From: Candidatus Fraserbacteria bacterium
GTDB taxonomy: Bacteria > Bipolaricaulota > Bipolaricaulia > RBG-16-55-9 > DRXL01
Assembly: GCA_947085185.1 (NCBI GenBank)
Contig: CAMTVK010000013.1
Location: 1-22,995, forward strand
Direction: 5' to 3'
Length of the DNA stretch: 22,995 bases
In this document: piece after piece, positions 1 to 6,566 of the stretch
Position numbering within the stretch: the stretch's first letter is position 1
Layout: each line of letters begins with the position of its first letter
Program-made: the position numbers and the translations under genes
The notes under the pieces: generated by a model
The model's database searches: none
Seen by the model: only the letters and a program-made list of their open reading frames with translations
Told to the model about the DNA's origin: nothing

Positions 1-2
1 AG

Positions 3-164
3 TCGAGCCATCATCGAGCGGGCCTGCTGAAGCTCGATGCCACCTTCGAGGGCAAACCGCTGATCACGAAAGAGACGAGGTATATCGAATTAGAGCTGAA
101 GGAGATCGGTGTCCCCTCGCGGCTCTTCAAGTGGGAAGGCGTTTCTCTATGGTCCAATCAATAG
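3..164 (+). CDS. 3' end of a hypothetical protein, truncated by the window edge (…SSHHRAGLLKLDATFEGKPLITKETRYIELELKEIGVPSRLFKWEGVSLWSNQ*)
   Basis: Open frame from 3 to TAG at 162-164 with coding-like codon usage; ends just before the AT-rich promoter region. Confidence 0.7.
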   Translation, partial: SSHHRAGLLKLDATFEGKPLITKETRYIELELKEIGVPSRLFKWEGVSLWSNQ

Positions 165-170
165 CTAGAT

Positions 171-206
171 TTGACCAATGTCAGTTAATTAGTTGACATT
201 TGTCAC
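171..206. promoter_or_regulatory. tandem palindromic operator-like sites overlapping the -35 element
   Basis: TTGACCAATGTCAG (171-184) and TTGACATTTGTCAC (193-206), both TGAC-N4-GTCA, 22 bp apart. Confidence 0.65.
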
Positions 207-222
207 ATCGCTGGAATATAAT
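193..222 (+). promoter_or_regulatory. sigma70-type promoter of the DOMON operon
   Basis: TTGACA (193-198), 18-bp spacer, TATAAT (217-222); SD GGAGGT at 230-235 before ATG 243. Confidence 0.85.
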
Positions 223-242
223 AGACTCCGGAGGTGAGGCTA

Positions 243-845
243 ATGTTCAAACGAATCGGGACGTTCGTGTTGGGACTGGCGGTCTTGGGGCTTCTGGGCA
301 GCGCCAGCGTGGCGCAGTTTAAAGCCCCAAAGATAGACGGCAAGATCGACAAGTTCGAGTATCGCAATCTCTATCACAATAACGCCATTAATATGACGCT
401 GTACTGGACTATTGATGGCGATACGCTCTATATCGGGATGGAAGCTCCGGCCAAAGGCTGGGTCTCTTGGGGGATCGTTACAGAGGCGGGTGCGGATATG
501 GTCTTGGCTTTTATGAAAGATGGCAAGCTCAATATATCGGACACTTTCGGTAAGCCGCATCAAACTCATAAAGCCGACACCGATCAGGGTGGCAAGAACG
601 ATCTTTTAGCTTCAGCCGGAACGGAGAGCGAAGTCGAGACGGCCATCGGGAAAGTCACTCTGACCGTCGTCGAGTTCAGCCGCAAGCTCAACACCGGAGA
701 CAAGGCAGATAACGCTGTTGTTGAAGGTGCGCTGAGGACTTTCTTGGCCTACGCCGACGCCGACGACTTCGTGACGTATCACGGCAGAGACAAGCGAGAG
801 GATGCTCAGATCAATTACTTTAAGGGAACGGTCAACGACTTCTGA
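243..845 (+). CDS. exported DOMON-domain protein (paralogue 1)
   Basis: Signal peptide MFKRIGTFVLGLAVLGLLGSASVA; DOMON motifs LYWTIDGDTLYIGM, GWVSWG, GADMVL, VEFSRKLNTGD, TYHG. Start moved from GTG 234 to ATG 243 because of the SD. Confidence 0.85.
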   Translation: MFKRIGTFVLGLAVLGLLGSASVAQFKAPKIDGKIDKFEYRNLYHNNAINMTLYWTIDGDTLYIGMEAPAKGWVSWGIVTEAGADMVLAFMKDGKLNISDTFGKPHQTHKADTDQGGKNDLLASAGTESEVETAIGKVTLTVVEFSRKLNTGDKADNAVVEGALRTFLAYADADDFVTYHGRDKREDAQINYFKGTVNDF

Positions 846-857
846 GTTGAGGGAGCA

Positions 858-1592
858 GTGAAGCACAAAGTTGCACGACTGCTGTGGCTCAGTTTGTTGT
901 TGGTGGGCTTGAGGGGGGCTGCCAGTGCTCCGGCGCAAGCGCAGCTCCCCTCCATTGACGGCCAGATCGCTGAGAGCGAATACGCCAATCGCTATTTGGC
1001 CGAGGCTATCGGCATGGAGCTGCACTGGACGATCGAGGGTGAATATATCTACATTGGGCTGCGAGCGCCTGCGCAGGGCTGGGTAGCCGTCGGATGGAGT
1101 CCTACAGGCGCAATTAAAGATGGCGCGGATATCGTCATTGGCTATCTGCGCGGCGGCGAGCTTTTTTTCCAAGATTACTTCGCTAATACTTCCGTCTCAC
1201 ATCTCAACGACGTCAGCCTCGGCGGACGCGACGATCTCTTGGAATCCTCCGGCTCTGAAGCGACTGGGCCGCAGCCCCAGACGACCATTGAGTTTCGGCG
1301 GCGTCTCGATACAGGCGATAAATTCGACCGGCCGGTCGTGCCGGGGGCGCAGACGGTGCTGCTGGCCTACTCCCCCAACGATGATTTTGTGACTTATCAC
1401 GGCGAGAAGCGCACAGTAGTCAAGCTCGATTTCTTTGCGGGGAGCGCACAAGAAGCGGGGCTCTTCGCCCGGTCGCGCGCGCTCGGCTTTGATCAGCTTT
1501 TGCAGGCTTGGTTGTGGACAGTTCTCACCGGGGTAGTGATGATCATCGGCCTGAGCGCTGCTTATCTTCTATGGCCGGTGAAGAAGTTATAG
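858..1592 (+). CDS. DOMON-domain protein (paralogue 2) with C-terminal membrane anchor
   Basis: Signal peptide; LHWTIEGEYIYIGL, GWVAVGW, GADIVIG, IEFRRRLDTGDKFD, TYHG; hydrophobic C-terminal helix followed by VKKL. Confidence 0.85.
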   Translation: MKHKVARLLWLSLLLVGLRGAASAPAQAQLPSIDGQIAESEYANRYLAEAIGMELHWTIEGEYIYIGLRAPAQGWVAVGWSPTGAIKDGADIVIGYLRGGELFFQDYFANTSVSHLNDVSLGGRDDLLESSGSEATGPQPQTTIEFRRRLDTGDKFDRPVVPGAQTVLLAYSPNDDFVTYHGEKRTVVKLDFFAGSAQEAGLFARSRALGFDQLLQAWLWTVLTGVVMIIGLSAAYLLWPVKKL

Positions 1593-1607
1593 AAGGGAGC
1601 AAGAACG

Positions 1608-2231
1608 TTGCAAGTCCCAGCACCAGAGGCGGAACGGATCGCTTGGCACACGATCACGGCTGAGTTGAGCGTGGGGATGTTAACGCTAGCTTTCGTCAGC
1701 GTCATCATCAAACTCTTGGGCGTTTGGAGCAAAAGTGACCACCCGCTCTGGCGGAGCTTGACTTGGATGGCCGAGCCCACAGCGTATCTGGCTGCTGTCG
1801 GTGGACTCTTGTCCCTGAGCGCTGGAGTCTTCACGGGCTTCACTTATACTTGGCCTGTAGAAGTCTTGCTGACTTCTTCAGTGGTCTTGAACAAGATTGC
1901 GCTCAGTGTTTTTGCGCTCACGTTTTGGCTCATCTTTGTTTTGGTGCGTTCGTTTTACGGCGGGAGGCTGTGGGAGCAAGCCAAGGTCCGACGGCTCTAT
2001 GTGACGCTCTCTGTGGGAGGCTTTCTGTCGTTGGCGCTGATCGGCTCCACGGGAGGGCACTTGGCAGGCAAGCGCAGCGCCTTAGATATCGTGCTGCATC
2101 ATCTGGGCATCAACACGCACGCGCTGTTTATTCTATCTGAGACAGCGATCTGGTCGCTGCTGGCTGTAGTAGTGATATCTCTGGCGGTAGCGCTGGGGCT
2201 GCGATGGCGCAGGGACCCCCGCTGCTCTTGA
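1608..2231 (+). CDS. multi-pass membrane protein, DUF2231-like
   Basis: About 5 hydrophobic segments; N-terminal His (AWHTIT) and GSTGGHL motif resemble the DUF2231 pattern; TTG start after GGGAG. Family assignment is tentative. Confidence 0.65.
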   Translation: MQVPAPEAERIAWHTITAELSVGMLTLAFVSVIIKLLGVWSKSDHPLWRSLTWMAEPTAYLAAVGGLLSLSAGVFTGFTYTWPVEVLLTSSVVLNKIALSVFALTFWLIFVLVRSFYGGRLWEQAKVRRLYVTLSVGGFLSLALIGSTGGHLAGKRSALDIVLHHLGINTHALFILSETAIWSLLAVVVISLAVALGLRWRRDPRCS

Positions 2232-2256
2232 CAATAGGAGCCCGGAGAGCTATAAT
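2228..2256 (+). promoter_or_regulatory. consensus sigma70 promoter upstream of the sigma factor gene
   Basis: TTGACA (2228-2233, overlapping the upstream TGA stop), 17-bp spacer, TATAAT (2251-2256). Confidence 0.9.
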
Positions 2257-2296
2257 AACAGTACTGTGCGCCAGAGCCCTGTATGACGTCTTTGGT

Positions 2297-2320
2297 ACCC
2301 TCGGGGTGAGGGTTTCTTTG
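2297..2320 (+). terminator. intrinsic terminator-like hairpin in the sigma-factor leader
   Basis: ACCCTC-GGGGT-GAGGGT followed by TTCTTTG. Confidence 0.45.
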
Positions 2321-2350
2321 TGTTGAACCCATAAGAATCCCAAGTGATAT

Positions 2351-3346
2351 ATGAAGAAGGAGTTTGTGATGCCCATGCACACCGACGAGGAAACGGAGAT
2401 CTTCGAGATGGCCAATGAAGAAGAGCTTGAAGAAGAGTTTGAGGAGGAGCTCGAGCCAGAGCTAGCTGAAGAGCAGCTGGAGGGCGACCTCTCGGAAGAC
2501 TTGGTCAAGCTCTATTTGCAGGAGATCGGCAAAGTCCCGCTCTTGACGCGCGAGGAGGAAGTGAAGCTGGCCAAGCGCGTCGCCCGCGGCGACAAGAAAG
2601 CCAAGGAGCAGCTCGCGTTGGCGAACTTGCGCTTGGTCGTCTCCATCGCCAAGAAGCACCAGGGCAGCGGGCTCTCTCTGTTGGATTTGATCCAAGAGGG
2701 CAATATTGGCCTGATGAAGGCTATTGAGAAATTCGACTATCGCAAGGGGTATAAGTTCAGCACCTACGCGACGTGGTGGATTCGTCAAGCGATCAGTCGA
2801 GCCATTGCCGATAAAGCCCGGACGATTCGCATCCCTACGCACGTGTTGGAGCTCATGCGACGGATCTACAAAGCCGAGGAAGAGTACGTTCAAGAGAACG
2901 GGGAGCCGCCCAGCATCCAAGATCTCTCCAAGATGCTCGGTGTTCCCGCAGAAGAAATCGAGCGCGTCAAGAAGATCAGTCCGTACACGCGCTCGTTTGA
3001 GGAGCCCATCGGGGACGAAGAAGAGGGCTCGGTGCTGGGCGATTTCATCGGGCGGACGAAGTCCTCGCCCCTTCAAGAAGCATTCTCAGACATCCAGCGC
3101 GAAGAGCTGCGTCGGGCCATTGATGAGCTGGGCGAGCGCGAGCGCAAGGTCTTAGACTTGCGCTTTGGGTTGAGCGGACAGCAGCCGCTCACCTTGGAAG
3201 AAGTGGGCAAGGTCTTTGGGCTCAGCCGCGAGCGCATCCGCCAGATCGAGAAAGAAGCCCTCGAGCGCTTAAAAGCTATGAAGCTGCGCCAGAAGCTTCT
3301 TTCTTATGAGAACCTCATCCAAGAGAGCGAGATTCACATGAACTGA
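2351..3346 (+). CDS. rpoD: RNA polymerase sigma-70 factor, RpoD/SigA-like (group 1 or 2); start may be 2369
   Basis: Region 1.2 [21 protein letters not shown]; region 2 [10 protein letters not shown]…[37 protein letters not shown]; region 4 [26 protein letters not shown] at 2357-2362 favours ATG 2369. Family certain, symbol less so. Confidence 0.85.
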   Translation: MKKEFVMPMHTDEETEIFEMANEEELEEEFEEELEPELAEEQLEGDLSEDLVKLYLQEIGKVPLLTREEEVKLAKRVARGDKKAKEQLALANLRLVVSIAKKHQGSGLSLLDLIQEGNIGLMKAIEKFDYRKGYKFSTYATWWIRQAISRAIADKARTIRIPTHVLELMRRIYKAEEEYVQENGEPPSIQDLSKMLGVPAEEIERVKKISPYTRSFEEPIGDEEEGSVLGDFIGRTKSSPLQEAFSDIQREELRRAIDELGERERKVLDLRFGLSGQQPLTLEEVGKVFGLSRERIRQIEKEALERLKAMKLRQKLLSYENLIQESEIHMN

Positions 3347-3438
3347 GTCAGCGCATCTCTCGCAGGCGCCTGATCACCACGAGAAGAAGCAGGGCGACGA
3401 CGCCCAGAACGATGAAGTGTGGCCATGGTCCTCCTTAC

Positions 3439-3759
3439 TTAGTGACTACAGCTGCAATCTCCTTGGGGCTGAGCTTTGGGGTTATCTATAAAGAACCCCT
3501 GTTCTGGGCCATCCATGAAGTCGAGCGTCGCTTCTGCAAGGAGCGCACTGCTCATCTGGTCCAAGAAGATCTTGATCTTTCCAGCGTGGATGATCGTATC
3601 TCCAGGGGCGCTCTCCTTCTCTAAGAAGAGCCCGTAAGCCGGGCCGCAACAGCTACAGCCGCCCTCTTGAGCGACAATGCGCAGGGCGTAGGTGGTCTTG
3701 CCCTCGCTTTGGAGAAACTCATAGAGCGCCTGTGCTGCTCGTTCTGTGACCGTGAACAT
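3439..3759 (-). CDS. iscA: A-type Fe-S cluster carrier (IscA/HesB/ErpA family)
   Basis: TVTERAA, LRIV..GGC, ATLDF, GFFIDNP and C-terminal CxC; SD AAGGAG upstream. Confidence 0.9.
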   Translation of the reverse strand: MFTVTERAAQALYEFLQSEGKTTYALRIVAQEGGCSCCGPAYGLFLEKESAPGDTIIHAGKIKIFLDQMSSALLAEATLDFMDGPEQGFFIDNPKAQPQGDCSCSH

Positions 3760-3791
3760 GGTGTCCTCACTCCTTGGTCTGTGATGATGCT

Positions 3792-3800
3792 ATTATAGCA
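3792..3800 (-). promoter_or_regulatory. extended -10 promoter for iscA
   Basis: TGCTATAAT on the minus strand, within the palindrome TGCTAT-N-ATAGCA. Confidence 0.7.
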
Positions 3801-3836
3801 ATATTTTGTGAGCAACCAAAATGGCTGGGTGGGGCC

Positions 3837-3865
3837 TTGCAAAACTCGGACTATTTTAGTATACT
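3837..3865 (+). promoter_or_regulatory. sigma70 promoter for the RseC-family gene
   Basis: TTGCAA (3837-3842), 17-bp spacer, TATACT (3860-3865). Confidence 0.7.
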
Positions 3866-3874
3866 TTCAGCACT

Positions 3875-4417
3875 ATGAAAGATTCTGCTGAAGGGATCGT
3901 CATTGAACAGATTGCTGATCGCGTGCGCGTCCGAGTCTATCGCTCCGGGACGTGCGAAAACTGCACGTGCGTGCTGAGCACTGCGTGCTCGCCTGAAGAA
4001 GTAGATCAGCGTCGTGGGGTTTTGGGCAGTCTCTTTCGGCAATCTTCGGTAATAGAGATCGAGGCGCTCAACGAAGTTGGCGCCGCCCCCGGCGATCGCG
4101 TTGAGCTCCAGCTCAAATCGAACGCCTCCGTTGTGAAAGCTTCAGCGTTGCTCTATCTCATCCCGGCGATCATGTTTGTCGTTGGGGTGGTCTTGGGCGG
4201 GTGGTGGAGCTCCACGCGCTGGGGCTTTGTGGGGGACGCCGTCATACTCGCTCAGGTCGCTTTTGGCTTTGGCCTGATGATGCTGAGCTTCGCGTTCGCG
4301 GCCCTCTATGCGAAACTGCGCGAGCGCGCTGAGTTCACTCCCATTGTCACTAAAGTGCTCTTCAGAGCTGGGGATCAACGTGTACTGTCACTAGATCAGC
4401 CAGCTTCAGCTCTGTAA
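3875..4417 (+). CDS. SoxR-reducing system RseC/MucC family membrane protein
   Basis: EGIV…RSGTCENC…C, NEVGAAPGDRVEL, ASALLYLIP and two transmembrane helices. Confidence 0.85.
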   Translation: MKDSAEGIVIEQIADRVRVRVYRSGTCENCTCVLSTACSPEEVDQRRGVLGSLFRQSSVIEIEALNEVGAAPGDRVELQLKSNASVVKASALLYLIPAIMFVVGVVLGGWWSSTRWGFVGDAVILAQVAFGFGLMMLSFAFAALYAKLRERAEFTPIVTKVLFRAGDQRVLSLDQPASAL

Positions 4418-6566
4418 GGGCTTCCCCAAGGGCCTTCTGTGCGAATCCTTCCGTGCTCTTGAGCATGAGCTGCCACCGATAGCGCCCTCGCCACCGATAG
4501 GGGAGGGCGCGCGCCGGACCAAGCACCTCGCCGATCTTCAGCTCTTCTAAGTGTTGCTTGAGGGTTTCAGAGTGTTTGGTCGCTTGGGCTTCGCTGCTGT
4601 GTTCGACGATCACGAAGATCAACCGCGAAAATGGCGGGTATCTGAGGGCTTGGCGCAGCTCAAGCTCGTGCTCGTAGAATGCACGATAGTCGTGTGCGGC
4701 AGCCAAACAAATGATCTCGTTATCGGGGTGTCGGGTTTGAATGATCACTTCTCCGGGGCGCTCGCCGCGGCCCGCTCGCCCTGCGGCTTGGGAGATGAGC
4801 TGAAACGTGCGCTCCCCCGCACGAAAGTCCGGGAAATCTAATAGAGTATCTGCCGAGACAATCCCCACCAGCGTCACGTTGGGGAAATCTAATCCCAGCC
4901 CGATCATCTGGGTGCCCACGAGCATCTGAATCTGTCCCTGACGAAAGGCTTCCAAGATCGCAGCATGCTCGCCGCGCCGCACGCTCTCGGAGTCCATCCG
5001 ACGCATATGGATATGGGGGAAGTTTTTCCGGACTTCAAGCTCCAATCTCTCTGTGCCCGCCCCTGCAAAGAGCAGTTCCGTCGAGCCACAGGAGCGGCAT
5101 TTGGGCATCTTGAGACGATACGCGCAATATCGGCAGCGCAGCTCTTGCTCGCGCATGTGCACCGTGAGGGCGATCTGACATGCCGGGCACTTCACCGTCT
5201 GGCGACAGCGCCGACAGATCGCAATAGAGTACCCCAATCTGTTGAGAAAGAGAATGACTTGCTCGCTATTGTTTAGTCTCTGCTCGATCTTGGCGCGCAG
5301 GATTGGGCTGAGCAGTTCTTGGCGGTCGCCCATGTCTATAATTTTGATCGTCGGCGGCTGGGCGGGGACGACGCGCTCAGGGAGCTCCAGCAATGTGAAG
5401 TGCCCATGCTGCGCATGAAAATAACTCTCGATGCTAGGGGTAGCGCTGCCCAGGACGACGGTCGCTCCGGCGAGCTCGGCACGCTTGAGTGCGACTTCGC
5501 GCACGTGATATCGGGGCGCAAGATCGTCTTGCTTGTAGGTGCTCTCGTGCTCTTCGTCAATCACTATAAGTTTGAGATTGGGGCAAGGCGCAAAGATTGC
5601 GGCGCGTACGCCGATGGCGATCTGAGCTTCGTGAGTTTTGAGGCGCTGCCAGGTGCGGGCGCGCTCAGAGTCGGTGAGCCCGCTGTGATAGACCGCGATG
5701 CGTTCGCCAAAGAGATTGCGAAAGCGCGCGATGAGCTGGGGGGTGAGCGAGATCTCTGGGACGAGCACGAGCGCTTGGCCGCCGCGCTCTAAGACGCTCT
5801 GGCAAGCTCGGAGATAGACTTCGGTCTTGCCGCTGTTGTTGACCCCGTGGAGGAGAAAGACCCGGCCCTCACTCCCAGATGGGAGAGGGGAGAGGGGCCG
5901 GGGGTGAGAGGGGCTGGGAGCGAGGGCCTGCGCGATTCTGTCTACAGCGCGTTGCTGCCAGCTTGTGAGCGCGACTCTTTTGGGCACTTCGTGGAATTCG
6001 ATGCGCTCGCGAGGCTTCTTGGTGACGGTGACCAGGCCCGCTTGGGCAAGAGCGCGCAGCGGCCCCGGCCCACATCCCACCTGGGCTAAGAGCTCTCGTT
6101 CTGGGAGGATCTCTGTACTCAGCAGCGCGCGGAGTATGGCAGCTTGCTGTGGGGCGCGCGTGGCGCGCTGCTCGATCTGAGCCAACAGCTCCGTCAGTGG
6201 GATGGTGAGTTTGACGTATCTGACGGCGTTCTCGCGCTTGGGGAGGGAGTGTCCTGGAGCTGTGGTCTGCAAGACGATCCCCAAGGGAGCTCCGTAATAT
6301 TCCGCGATCCAGCGCGCCAGGGCCAGATCGAGTTCGCTGAGCTCTGGTTCCGTCGTGACGAGAGTGACGATCTCGCGCAGGCGGCTCTCAAATGGGCTTT
6401 GCTCTTTGAGAGCGATGACGAACGCTTCGATCTTATCGCGCTCACGGAAGGGCACGAGCACCCGCTGCCCCACACGGATCCGCCCGCGGAGCGCTTCGGG
6501 GATTTTATAATCGAACGTCTGGTCTACGGCAATGGGGATGGCGACCTCAGCGATAGAATAGCTCAT
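4362..6566 (-). CDS. priA: primosomal protein N' (replication restart helicase)
   Basis: N-terminal FDY/GQRVLVPF 3'-binding domain, SGKTEVY, LVPEISLTPQ, IDEEHE..YKQ, four CxxC Zn pairs, GLDFPNVTLVG, QAAGRAGR, YPPF. Confidence 0.97.
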   Translation of the reverse strand: MSYSIAEVAIPIAVDQTFDYKIPEALRGRIRVGQRVLVPFRERDKIEAFVIALKEQSPFESRLREIVTLVTTEPELSELDLALARWIAEYYGAPLGIVLQTTAPGHSLPKRENAVRYVKLTIPLTELLAQIEQRATRAPQQAAILRALLSTEILPERELLAQVGCGPGPLRALAQAGLVTVTKKPRERIEFHEVPKRVALTSWQQRAVDRIAQALAPSPSHPRPLSPLPSGSEGRVFLLHGVNNSGKTEVYLRACQSVLERGGQALVLVPEISLTPQLIARFRNLFGERIAVYHSGLTDSERARTWQRLKTHEAQIAIGVRAAIFAPCPNLKLIVIDEEHESTYKQDDLAPRYHVREVALKRAELAGATVVLGSATPSIESYFHAQHGHFTLLELPERVVPAQPPTIKIIDMGDRQELLSPILRAKIEQRLNNSEQVILFLNRLGYSIAICRRCRQTVKCPACQIALTVHMREQELRCRYCAYRLKMPKCRSCGSTELLFAGAGTERLELEVRKNFPHIHMRRMDSESVRRGEHAAILEAFRQGQIQMLVGTQMIGLGLDFPNVTLVGIVSADTLLDFPDFRAGERTFQLISQAAGRAGRGERPGEVIIQTRHPDNEIICLAAAHDYRAFYEHELELRQALRYPPFSRLIFVIVEHSSEAQATKHSETLKQHLEELKIGEVLGPARALPYRWRGRYRWQLMLKSTEGFAQKALGEALTELKLADLVTVHVDPQL
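5864..5928. repeat. 65-bp palindromic element embedded in frame in priA
   Basis: GGCCCTCACTCCCAG (5864-5878) and CTGGGAGCGAGGGCC (5914-5928) form a 14/15 inverted repeat around a G-rich core. Confidence 0.7.

Noticed and set aside
2128..3076. Antisense ORFs over the sigma gene, including a Ser-rich 126-aa frame
   Set aside because: Reverse-strand shadows of Glu-rich coding sequence, like most other nested ORFs in the track.
3439..3759. HesB-like selenoprotein
   Set aside because: All relevant positions are TGT/TGC Cys codons; no in-frame TGA.
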